A stretch of DNA of 64,000 bases from Plasmodiophora brassicae (lineage: Eukaryota), in contig CP145412.1 in assembly GCA_036867785.1 (NCBI GenBank), forward strand, positions 1,550,001-1,614,000, in the 5' to 3' direction. Position 1 is the stretch's first letter. Each line of letters opens with the position of its first letter. Below are positions 1-10,718 of the stretch, piece after piece. Under the pieces are notes generated by a model. The model was not told the origin of the DNA. It did not search any database and saw nothing but the letters and a program-made list of their open reading frames with translations. The translations under genes and the position numbers were made by a program.

Positions 1-42
1 TCGCTTGTCGGCAAGTACATGACACGTGCAACTGCCTGAAGT

Positions 43-240
43 TTGAACGCCTGTGGCACTGCCATCTCGACTGATCGAGCCCTTTATAAACAAGCGCTCT
101 CGATGAGTCTTGCAGTAATTACGCCATTGTGTCACCACATCGAAGTCGATCACAGTCCTGGTGAGGAACACGTTTGGGCTGACCTCGGAACGCGATGGGG
201 ATCCATTGATGAACCCGAACCTTTGCAACAGACCACAGAT
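43..240 (+). pseudogene. Possible degenerate Ty3/Gypsy pol fragment (RNase H C-terminal end)
   Basis: HIEVDHSPGEEHVWADLGTRWG resembles YVIEHIAGEDNVWSDLMTRWG in the intact Gypsy pol at 13381-18048; no other pol domains are visible at this window edge. Confidence 0.45.
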
Positions 241-358
241 GAAGTCAAGATCCCAGACGGCGTGCTGCCTGCTGCTGCTGCCGTGCGGTGCTGGCACAGT
301 TGGCCAGCGACACGGCTGATTTTGGTGGGCCGACCTCGGGCGTTCCCCGCATGGGCCG

Positions 359-2708
359 ATGCTGCCCGTCCGGATACGCGGCGTGCGACGACGCGAACCC
401 GGACGCTCCTGGCGCCGCTGGGCGATTCCGGCGGCGTTCGCGCTCGTTGCCGCTGCGTCCGCCGCCGTCCTGCTCGTCTATGAGCCCGTGCAGCGCCTTC
501 CGGTGCGGACCGGCGCCAGCCCGCTGCCGCCGGGCCGCAACCTGTTCTGGGTGGTCCAGGTACTTTGACCTGCGGGCGGCGTGTACAACAGCGTCCTCCC
601 GGATAAGTGATCGACTGAATAGGTCAGCGACGTCCATATCAGCGCCCTGGTGCCGGAGCGTACCGAACGATTCAGACGGTTCTGCAACGATGTTGTCCGG
701 TCGTCAATCCGGCCCAGCGCTGTCCTCGTGACTGGTAATCGGCGGGTGGTGTCCTGTGTCATGCGCCTCCTTGTCAACGTGAGCGCGCAGGTGATTTGGT
801 GGACGGGCAGACCCAGGATGGCGTGTCGAGGCAGAACGTAGTGGAGTGGGAGACGTACCGGGACATTGTCGATTCGGCTGGCATTGCCGGCCTGATCGTG
901 GACGTCCCGGGCAACCACGATCAGCGCGACGAGCCGTTCGAAGCTGGGCAAATGGCGCATTTCGACCGCTATTCCGTGTCGGGATCGCGCTTATACGAGC
1001 AGGGCCTAACGTTCGACTTTGGTCGGTACCGTGTCGTTGCAGCCGATCTGAATCCCAGGCCGGGCGTTCGGCAACTGTTCAGCTTCTTCGGGGGCATATC
1101 CCGTGCCGACAACGTCGGTATCGTCCCTGCGCTTGCCGAGTACGTGTGCTGATGCCGTCCTGACTGTGCAGGGGGACCTGGAGCAGCGGCTTTCGCTTAA
1201 CAAGGAGTACAACCTGTCGATTGTGATGGGACATTATCCGCTGTCGCTGGTGGATGACTACGAGACGCGGTCGTCCGGGCGCGGGTTTCGACAGGTGTTC
1301 GAGATGTACCCACCCGCGTTGTACGTCTGTGGGCACCTTCACGATGCGTTCGGCAAGGCCTTGTACCGCCGGCATAGCGATGGCATCCACGAGGCCGAGC
1401 TGGCCGACTTCAAGTACAATTCCCGATACAGGTTACGGAATCGTGCACTGGATCACGCTTGCTAGTCAGTGCTAATCGTTCCATAGGATCATTGCTGTCG
1501 ACAATGATGTCTTCTCCTATGCCGACACGGACATCGACGAACATGTCGTCGTCTTGATCACCAACCCGAAACCGTCGTACCAGTTGTCCCCGTTGGAACC
1601 ATGGCACAGGCAGAAGTCATCTAGTATTCGTGTGCTGCTTTTCGTCGTGCCGCCTTGCAGCGCAACGAGGTTCGCCACACATCGTTCTGTCGGCAGCCTT
1701 GCTTGGTACTGATGGGCTCGCAGGTCGGATGTTACCATGCGCGTCCAAATCGATGGCGAGTATCTGCCCTGTACGTAACGTACTGTCCGATCAAGCGCAT
1801 TTCAGTCTAACGCGTCTGGGTTTAGCTAGCGCTCAGCGTCCTCCAAGCGGGCCAGCGGACAGTCCGGTATACGAGTTCAGCTGGTATCCGACATCCTACG
1901 ACAATGGTCTACACGAGATATTCGTTCAAGTCAGGTGTGTGTGTTGGTGTACCGTACCGTGTCCCCCTGCGTCCCGGTTACTGACTGACATCGAAGCACG
2001 TCTGGCGGCCCTTCATGCCAGGGCGTATCCAGACGCCAGTCTTTCAGCCTGGATGGGACTGTTGAACCTCTCTTGAGCTTCCCGCTGATGTCGACATTGG
2101 TCCTGCGCTGGCCCTTCCGTTGGACGCTTCGGCTCGTCGTGGTCGGCGTCTGGGCTGTCGTCCTCGGCTTGTCGTTCCTGCTGTATTCACGGGACAGGCT
2201 ATCAGCGGTCACCATTGCCACCTGGCTGGCGTATACTATGTTCCTGCCGTGGTTCGTGGGGTCGTGCTCCGGACCTCATACGTGCACCGTCTCCCTGTCG
2301 GGAGCCGCTGTTAAGGAATCCGTTGTCGGCTCGCTGGACGCATGGTATCGCGCCCTGTGGATCAGCGTTACCATCTGGGTCCCATGCGCTCTCCACCTCC
2401 TTGTCTTTTCGTTCGGGCCGGCGCGCCCCGGATACAAGCCTATCCGTCGATCGTACGTCACGCGGCGCTCTTTGGTCGCTGACGCTGCCTGGGCGCTGGT
2501 CGAGTATGTCGTCCCCGTCATCCTGTTCATTCGTCAACAGATCCCCATTCTGACCACGTTGTACCGGAACTATGGCGTGTGGTCCATTGTGGTCAGCCCG
2601 GGTATGGCGTGGATCCCACTGGGTGCCTGCCTGCTTCTCGCCCGGCAGCAGCTGTTCAAGTTCCAGTCCCTGTGCGCCGATGCCGACGCATCCACTCGCA
2701 TGGCATGA
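359..2708 (+). CDS. TMEM62-like calcineurin-like metallophosphoesterase membrane protein (multi-exon)
   Basis: N-terminal TM helix; spliced motifs VSDVH, VTG/DLVD, PGNHD, MGHYP, CGHLH; hydrophobic C-terminal exon 2073-2708; short GT-AG introns. Confidence 0.8.
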
Positions 2709-2869
2709 CGAGGTTCACCCAGGATGCGAATACACCCATGATGCAGATCGAGCAGGGATGTCGATTGATTGGTTTCGACCGGCACCGTAACGTTGCTACC
2801 CGGTCTACATAGCGTTTCACGACCAGCCCATGGGTGAAGAGACGGATAGAAGGACAGGGTGACGCGTTG

Positions 2870-4568
2870 TTAAGCAGGGGTGGCGGCTGAACGACGATGA
2901 AGGTCGGCAACCTCGGCCAGGTACCTGACATGCGGTCGCATATCCTTGTGCAGGCGCCGGCGGTTGAATTCATCCTGGTCCAGACCGGGGTCGACGACCG
3001 TCAGCAGGTCGTCCAGCATCTTCATCGCCGCCAGCAGCACCCGCTTCTCGCCCAGTCGCGTCAGGACAACGTTACGCTGGTTCTGCGTCAGGCCAACTTT
3101 GAGCAGGGCCTCGTCGACCTCGACGGACTGCCTCGTCTGGAAGTAGCTCGCGTCCATCGCCATAGCCAGGTACCGCAACGCGGCGCGTTCGTTCCGCAAC
3201 GAGACGGGCGTGTCCCCATCCAGCAGCACCTGCCGCAATCGACATCAGACAACGCGCGAGACGCGATCGCCCAGATCGTCAGCGTACGTCGAGTTCCTCG
3301 GGGGTGGCCACCGCCACGCGGCTGAGGCTGAGGGCGCGCTGGAACGCGTCGTCGTCGGACCGGGGCGTGATCGTGAACCGAATCCTGTAGAATTCCGTGT
3401 CCGGGTTGTTCGACTTGGCGACACGTTTCGCCAGCATGCCCGACGCCGCCTCGCCGTCGGGCAGCTGGACATGGATCGTGGCGGTGTCGAACGGGTTGTC
3501 GGGCAGCGCGAACCCGTAGCTGGACAGCAGGCGCCGGTTGCTCTTCGCGCCGTACGTGATGGTGATCGGGGCCCCTTTGGGGACGGGCTGGCGGGAGTAG
3601 ATCTGTCCACGACGGGCATCGTGCTGGAACCGCCACGACGCCACACTGTCGAAATCGTGGTTGACCATGTCCGCATACGGCATCAAGGCGGTTTGCTCCA
3701 CGCCGTCGATCGTTAACGAGAACGCGCGCGACTTGACGGTCAGGCGCGCCCACTTGTACGTCTCCAGGGTGTGCTGGTCGCAGAACGATGCCAGCGCGCC
3801 ACTGTTGCCATTCGCGGTCAGCAGCGCACACGATGGGGCGCCCGACGCAACGAGTACGTACCAGAGCGCGTTGTAGTCGTGGACGATGCGTTCGAGTTCC
3901 CAGGTGTGGAGCGTGTCCATGTTGTTGCCGGATTCGGCGAGCATGGCCACCTCGTCCGCATCGTAGTTAACGGGCAGGTTGGCGTAGCTGGTCGGCAGCG
4001 TCTGCAGGTACGGGAACCACCAGGAGCGCCGGCCCAGGTCGCGCTCGACGGTCAGGAACAGGGCAATGAGGTTGTGCGATGCGTCCAGGCCGGCGTAATC
4101 GTCTGGCAGCGCGGCCCGGGCCGCCTGGCCGATCTCCGCGTTCATCGCCAGGGAACCCGTGATGATGAAGCGCTCCGGGATGTCCATGATGGCCTCACCG
4201 GGGCCGATATCGCGCGCCGCATGGACGCCGCGGTACTCGTCGTCATAGGTGACGATGTCCACGTTCGGGAACGACGCACCTTGGCTCGTCATCCACGTAA
4301 CGATATCCGCGAAGTCGCTCCCGCCAGAGGGTCGCGACGATGCCGGGTCGACGTAGGACGCGTACAAGTCTTGCAGTACCTTCGCCGTCGAACTGGAGCT
4401 GATTGCAACGTGATTGACGTGGACGACATCGGCAACAGTGTCCGCAGGCGGCGCGTGACATACGAACCCGATCGCGAAGCTCGCTGCCGCGATCGTGATG
4501 TGCTTCAGCAGCGGGCGCCACGCCAGCGGCGATGCATGTACACCCTTTGGCTGTGCCCTATTGCCCAT
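2870..4568 (-). CDS. SET-domain protein lysine methyltransferase, Rubisco LSMT/SETD3-like (2 exons)
   Basis: RGVHAARDI, LMPYADMVNH and ITITYG..SNRRLLSSYGF SET motifs; LSMT substrate-binding-like C-terminal exon 2870-3238. Confidence 0.88.
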
Positions 4569-5216
4569 CTACCTAGTGTTGTTTTAAGTTACGTCCAGCG
4601 GATCACCTCTGATGGACGAACAGCTCCTGGGCCACAGGAATACTCGTGGTCACCCGCAGCGCTGGGTGAATCACGTGCGCTGATAGAATTGAGTCACTCT
4701 GTTTGCAGGCAGCACTGTTGATGTGTGGGCCAGGCCCGGAGGCAACGCACGTCAGAATATGATATACAGCGGGCGCATGGCTCCGGTGGCATTCCGGTCT
4801 CCATAGTATACCTTCTGTGCGTAAACACAATCGGTTCGCCCCTCCCTCGTGTTTGCTTCCGGGGACAGCTCGATTCGTCCGCGGTTGACGTCCAAGGAGC
4901 TGGCCGCGAAATAGGGAGCCACTGAAGGAAGGTCGATGGCCACGAAGTGCCTCCTGAGGACACCGAACGCAACGGGGACTTTACGCCGTCTCGTATGGTT
5001 GGCATTGTTTCTTGCAGCGCCTCATGGTTTGCTTAACGCCATGTTTAGCCTCTAAGCGCCTATCAGGTCGGCAGCCAAACATGAATGGCGTGTATAATCA
5101 CACGACCGAGACGTGGAAATGAGCTGGTGCTTAGGGATCCAATCGAATCACGCGGGACACACGCAATGTATCAAACGATGGTGGTATGAGCAAGGCACAT
5201 GTGCTGGTTGCCGTGA

Positions 5217-6041
5217 TCAGTAACGGCGGCGTTGCCTGGGGCAACCGCCGTCCAGGTGCGACCAACTTCCACAGAGATTGCAACCAGTGTTGGATCTGGG
5301 TCGTTTCGCGTTTGACCTCTGGCTATTGCCGTCACCGTCCATCATGCCGAGAACAGCGGCACCGGCACCCAGGGCGAGCATTGTTGCCGAACGAGTTGGG
5401 AGGAACGCGCCGGTAACGCACGTGACAAGTCCTGCTATAACGGCTTTCATGAGGAATCCGCTCGAGAAGATGCTCCCGGATCCGCTTCCGCTGTCGTGCT
5501 TGACGACATTGACGTCGCCAGACGGGTGCGGACGAACGTCGTAGACAGGTCCGTTCCTTCGGCCATGGCGGGCGTGCATGGCGACGTTGTCGCTCTCAGA
5601 CGGGTGGGGACGAACGTCGTAGACAGGTACGTTCCCTCGGCCATGGCGGGCGCCAGCGACATATGGGACCAAACGAACTTCGTCTACTCTTGGTAACCTA
5701 GGTGCAGCGGGTACTGGGATGCGGTGGGCTTCGTTTGCTTCCAGTAGTCGGGTGATCTCGTGGGTCGTTGATTTAGCCAGGATCACCTCGGGCCAGCGAC
5801 CACCTCGCACGTTACAGATGCCGTACATTTCCATGTACTTCAGCGTGGTCGACGTCTCATCAGCCGGATCCGCCCGTTCGGTGATCTCAATGACCTGAAC
5901 TGGGCAGAACAGCCTGGTCCATTCGGAACCGCGCCCCTTGGCGTGCAACTGACAGCGTCGCCAGACATTCCTCGTTGTTCTTCCAACGTAGTACTTGTCC
6001 GACTCGCAGCGCAGCACGTACACGGTCACGAGGTCGCCCAT
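5217..6041 (-). CDS. GIY-YIG nuclease with internal 26-aa duplication, hydrophobic hairpin and C-terminal CCHC-like knuckle
   Basis: VYVLRCESDKYYVGRT..R...H..GRGSEWT, YGICNVRGG; CNLCGSWSHLDGGC; intronless; start placed at MGDLVT (ATG 6041) by alignment with the neighbouring paralog. Confidence 0.8.
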   Translation of the reverse strand: MGDLVTVYVLRCESDKYYVGRTTRNVWRRCQLHAKGRGSEWTRLFCPVQVIEITERADPADETSTTLKYMEMYGICNVRGGRWPEVILAKSTTHEITRLLEANEAHRIPVPAAPRLPRVDEVRLVPYVAGARHGRGNVPVYDVRPHPSESDNVAMHARHGRRNGPVYDVRPHPSGDVNVVKHDSGSGSGSIFSSGFLMKAVIAGLVTCVTGAFLPTRSATMLALGAGAAVLGMMDGDGNSQRSNAKRPRSNTGCNLCGSWSHLDGGCPRQRRRY

Positions 6042-6984
6042 TGCAAGGAACGTCAATGGAGTGTGTTCCGAGTTCCGACAGGAAACCGCGAATCTATTCT
6101 TGGCGGCAACAATTGTCGAGTTCTCTCGGGGGTCATGAAAATTCCGGACACCCCTGACCTGGACTTCGAACTTCAGAACTACCATCACATCTGGCGCGTC
6201 GCCCAGATATAACTGCATATATTGGTACTAAGAGGCACAAGCATTCCAATGTTCAGTTCGACAAGCTGCTTACGTACACTGCCAAGCTGCTTCACAACAC
6301 TGACATATCGGTCTGGGCGCTGTCGACGACGTCTACAGCCATCCTCCCGACGTACGTACCATGCCCTGGCTAGATGCCAGTATGGTATCCATTCCGTGAT
6401 GTCTCTAAGAACAGTTTGCGACCTAGGGTCCATCCCAAACGTTATCGATACCGTTCACCTGCATGTCTTACGTCAGGGCGGTGGATGCCTGTACTACGGA
6501 AGTAAATCGCGATGAGAGCATTGGGCCGGAGGCAGTACAACGCCGCGTTGAGCGGGTTCGTCGTATCGCTTACCTCTATTGATGACCTCGACTGGCCGAT
6601 GAGGGCGCCTAGCCATATTCCGAGGCGCGTCCGTCGACGTGCTGCTGATAACGCTGACAGGTTGGTCCGCTGGTGCTGCCAACAGACCGTGGTATGAGGC
6701 ACCCGTCCCTCTGGGCGTATAACCGACGAAAGTAATACAACGACCTGATACGGTTTCAAGTACGCCTACTAATAGCCGTTTTGATTTCCGACTTGTGCTT
6801 ATCGTAGTGTTACCAGTAACCATGCGATATGGCCGATTCGCTGCCCAATCCGACCTGTCTCCGCATCGATGGCAACTTTGGTTGGGGTTGCTGGTGCCAT
6901 CGGAAGCATCGGGGCCGGGGACATGAATTGGTACAGAATGACCTGGCAAACTGACGGGTAGACGAAACATAACTGCGAATGATT

Positions 6985-7731
6985 TCATTGATGAAATTCA
7001 ACGACGTTTGTGACGATCGCAGTCGGCCGCCCAGTGGGATTCGCTTCCGCAACGAAAACATCGGGAATTTGACCGGTGCCGCTTCCGCGACGACCTGGGG
7101 GTGTCGAATCTGAAAACTCACCTTCGCACGAAAAGCCGTCTCCAAACCAGAAGGCGAGGCCCGCGAAGACAGCACTTCGTAATGCGTACGAATGTCCTGG
7201 CAGGTACTTGGCCGCTAGGTAGGTCAAGCCGACTTTCGCGGCGCACTTGAAAAATCGTTCGAGATGAGGGTTCCTGAAAGCTTGCCAAAAACTTTGACCT
7301 TCGTCGTTGTCGTCATCGGAACCGGCGGATGGGGGTTCACCAGATGACGATGAACCCCGGTTGGGGCACGACCGGTGGAAATGTCCCCCATCTTTGCAGC
7401 GGAAGCACCTGTCTTGAATAGCGGCAAGGATGTTCTCGATCTGATGAATCGTTGGCTCATCGAGGGTCACCCGGGAAAATGGCCCACCTCGCACGTTACC
7501 AATGCCATGTTCCTGCATGCAAAACAACGTCGCGCCCGTCTCCTCGAACGGGTTCGTCGTTTCCTTGACCTGGATGATCTCGATTGGGCGGTACCGTTTC
7601 GTCCATTCGGCACCACGGCCATCACGGTGCTCCAGGAACCGATGCCAGACTGGTTTCGACGTCTTCCCTACGTAGTACTTGCCCATCTCGCAACGTAACA
7701 CGTACACCGTCGCAGGCACAACGGGATCCAT
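6985..7731 (-). CDS. GIY-YIG nuclease with CCHC zinc knuckle and hydrophobic hairpin (paralog of 5217-6041)
   Basis: VYVLRCEMGKYYVGKT..RFLEH..GRGAEWT, HGIGNVRGG, CFRCKDGGHFHRSC; intronless. Confidence 0.85.
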   Translation of the reverse strand: MDPVVPATVYVLRCEMGKYYVGKTSKPVWHRFLEHRDGRGAEWTKRYRPIEIIQVKETTNPFEETGATLFCMQEHGIGNVRGGPFSRVTLDEPTIHQIENILAAIQDRCFRCKDGGHFHRSCPNRGSSSSGEPPSAGSDDDNDEGQSFWQAFRNPHLERFFKCAAKVGLTYLAAKYLPGHSYALRSAVFAGLAFWFGDGFSCEGEFSDSTPPGRRGSGTGQIPDVFVAEANPTGRPTAIVTNVVEFHQ

Positions 7732-7987
7732 TGCACTTCCTGCTGTGGAATGCGCAGTCCCTGCCGACACTGCGCTATTTCTGCCGGTATACCCCTGGTT
7801 ATCGAAAACTGCGAAAATAGGGCCCTTCGCTAACTGGCAGGCCTAAATCCTATGAAACAAGCTGGGGTGGCAACTACCTATGTTTGATAGACTGATAACC
7901 CCAGCTTACACCCGGCCTTGTCTTCACGACATAATAGAAACTTAATTTTGCCCTGATTGTGGGGTCACTTTCGGTGTCGTTTTTAAG

Positions 7988-8149
7988 GGGTGTATGGAAA
8001 AAAGTTCGTACGAACTTACGAACTTCGGTACAAAAAAAATGACCTTTACGAACTTCGGTACAAAAAAATGACCTTTACGAACTTCGGTACAAAAAAATGA
8101 CCTTTACGAACTTCGGCATAAAAAATATACCTTTATGAACTTCGGTGTA
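7988..8149 (+). repeat. Left TIR, built from ~29-30-bp subrepeats (TGACCTTTACGAACTTCGGTACAAAAAAA)
   Basis: Near-identical reverse complement of 20705-20867; five GAACTTCGG cores. Confidence 0.92.
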
Positions 8150-8608
8150 AAACAGTTGAGTTTACAACGGCATGTACACGCGAACACTGCTTCTACGCAG
8201 GCTAACAAAAATCATGTAATCTACAGGAGATTGAGCATACAGAGTACATAACCCAGCTTCTCTATGCATGGAATCGTCCCACCGTACTAAGGAGCTGGTC
8301 TCGATCTATTCTTGCAGGCGTGCCTGTCGGCAGCAAGGGCTGATGGCGTCGAAGACAGACGAATTTACGAAGTTTCTTGTATGCCGTCTGGCTTTGGATC
8401 TGCTCTTGGCAAATGACGTCAACGGTGAGTGGAACGCTCGGGTGGATTCTTTTCTGCGAAGCCACTTGCTGTCAGACTCGCGACGTGCAGTGGCTGGTGT
8501 AGCTGAGCGGCATAACGGTACTGCCAGGACACACGATCGTGATTTGACGCCAGCTGACGACGGCCATACTTTGGCGGCCGAACACGACTCGCGGGACCGG
8601 CACTTGGC

Positions 8609-8702
8609 TGTGAGGACTGTCCGGAATAAACCGAGAACCCCGCGACGGACTTCGCCAGTCCGTCAAAGCGTTCGTTGCATCAGCTTGCCTGATCGTGACA
8701 TT
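8609..8702 (+). repeat. 94-bp direct repeat, copy 1 (copy 2 at 10625-10718)
   Basis: TGTGAGGACTGTCCGG...GATCGTGACATT occurs identically at both positions. Confidence 0.9.
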
Positions 8703-8734
8703 TTGACGGACTACCTATCCCACCACCCTCCTGT

Positions 8735-10280
8735 CGATCCCGCCTCGGCATCTCCTGCAGAACGTCAAGGCCTCGGTGGTACCTGGTCGAAGTCCCAGAG
8801 TACGTGTCCCGCCGTGCTGTATGCCTCTCAGGCCACCGGTGTTCCCCTGACCGCTTGCTGTCTCTTCCCGTCCGTCCGTGCCGATCTCGCCTCGGCATCT
8901 CCCGCAGAACGTCAAGGCCTCGGTCGTACCTGGTCCAAGTCCCAGAGTGCGTGTCCCGCCGTGCTGTATGCCTCTCAGGCCACCGGTGTTCCCCTGACCG
9001 CTTGCTGTCTCTTCCCGTCCGTCCGTGCCGATCTCGCCTCGGCATCCCCCGCAGAACGTCAAGGCCTCGGTCGTACCTGGTCCAAGTCCCAGAGTGCGTG
9101 TCCCGCCGTGCTGTATGCCTCTCAGGCCACCGGTGTTCCCCTGACCGCTTGCTGTCTCTTCCCGTCCGTCCGTGCCGATCTCGCCTCGGCATCCCCCGCA
9201 GAACGTCAAGGCCTCGGTCGTACCTGGTCCAAGTCCCAGAGTGCGTGTCCCGCCGTGCTGTATGCCTCTCAGGCCACAGGTGTTCCCCTGACCGCTTGCT
9301 GTCTCTTCCCGCCCGTCCGTCCGTCCGTGCCGATCTCGCCTCGGCATCCCCCGCAGAACGTCAAGGCCTCGGTCGTACCTGGTCCAAGTCCCAGAGTGCG
9401 TGTCCCGCCGTGCTGTATGCCTCTCAGGCCACCGGTGTTCCCCTGACCGCTTGCTGTCTCTTCCCGTCCGTCCGTGCCGATCTCGCCTCGGCATCCCCCG
9501 CAGAACGTCAAGGCCTCGGTCGTACCTGGTCCAAGTCCCAGAGTGCGTGTCCCGCCGTGCTGTATGCCTCTCAGGCCACCGGTGTTCCCCTGACCGCTTG
9601 CTGTCTCTTCCCGTCCGTCCGTGCCGATCTCGCCTCGGCATCCCCCGCAGAACGTCAAGGCCTCGGTCGTACCTGGTCCAAGTCCCAGAGTGCGTGTCCC
9701 GCCGTGCTGTATGCCTCTCAGGCCACAGGTGTTCCCCTGACCGCTTGCTGTCTCTTCCCGCCCGTCCGTCCGTCCGTGCCGATCTCGCCTCGGCATCCCC
9801 CGCAGAACGTCAAGGCCTCGGTCGTACCTGGTCCAAGTCCCAGAGTGCGTGTCCCGCCGTGCTGTATGCCTCTCAGGCCACCGGTGTTCCCCTGACCGCT
9901 TGCTGTCTCTTCCCGCCCGTCCGTCCGTCCGTGCCGATCTCGCCTCGGCATCCCCCGCAGAACGTCAAGGCCTTGGTCGTACCTGGTCCAAGTCCCAGAG
10001 TACGTGTCCCGCCGTGCTGTATGCCTCTCAGGCCACCGGTGTTCCCCTGACCACTTGCTGTCTCTTCCCGTCCGTCCGTGCCGATCCCGCCTCGGCATCT
10101 CCTGCACAACGTCAAGGCCTCGGTCGCAGCTGGTCCAAGTTCCAGAGTGCGCGTGTCCCGCCGTGCTGTTTGCCTCCCAGGCCGCCGGTGTTTCCCTGAC
10201 CGCTTGCTGTCTCTACCCGTCCGTCCGTCCGCCAGTGTCGATCCCGCCTCGGCATCTCCTGCACAACGTCAAGGCCTCGG
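8735..10280. repeat. Tandem array of ~10.5 units of 147 bp (some 155 bp)
   Basis: Marker AACGTCAAGG recurs at about 8761, 8908, 9055, 9202, 9357, 9504, 9651, 9806, 9961, 10108, 10265; translations show 49-aa repeats. Confidence 0.95.
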
Positions 10281-10304
10281 TTGCGACGTGCTGTCACTAA
10301 CCAA

Positions 10305-10580
10305 ACCTGTTCGTCCGTCTGCCCGCCCGCCCGTCTCTCCGTCCGTCTGCTAATCCGTCCGTCTGCCCGTTCGTCCGTCTGTCCGTCCGTCTGCCCGTTC
10401 GTCCGTCTGTCCGTCCGTCTGCCCGCCCGTCTGCCTGCTCATCGTTCGTCTGTCCGTCCGTCTGCCCGCCCGTCTCATCCGCCTGTCCGTTCGTCTGTCC
10501 GTCCGTCTGCCCGCCCGTCTGCCTGCTCATCCGCCTGTCCGTTCGTCTGCGACCCATCAGAGGCCATCCGTCTGCCCTTC
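10305..10580. repeat. Degenerate (CCGT/CTGC)n low-complexity tract
   Basis: Runs of ccgt/ccgc/ctgc tetramers following the 147-bp array. Confidence 0.85.
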
Positions 10581-10624
10581 TATCCCGGACCCGTCAGAGG
10601 CCCATCGCTAGAAGGGGACTATTA

Positions 10625-10718
10625 TGTGAGGACTGTCCGGAATAAACCGAGAACCCCGCGACGGACTTCGCCAGTCCGTCAAAGCGTTCGTTGCATCAGC
10701 TTGCCTGATCGTGACATT
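10625..10718 (+). repeat. 94-bp direct repeat, copy 2
   Basis: Identical to 8609-8702; overlaps the start of the long transposase ORF. Confidence 0.9.

Noticed and set aside
6185-6988. Short ORFs between the two GIY-YIG genes
   Set aside because: No motifs or clear coding bias
5217-7731. GIY-YIG genes as part of a Penelope-like retroelement or as MULE cargo
   Set aside because: No adjacent Penelope-type RT, and both genes lie outside the TIR/TSD boundary at 7979-7988
8010-8149. Regular ~30-bp repeats resembling a CRISPR array
   Set aside because: No unique spacers, mirrored at 20705-20867 as a TIR, no cas genes, eukaryotic context
8680-10300. Many overlapping repetitive ORFs on both strands
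   Set aside because: By-products of the stop-poor 147-bp repeat; 155-bp units shift the frames; no recognisable domain
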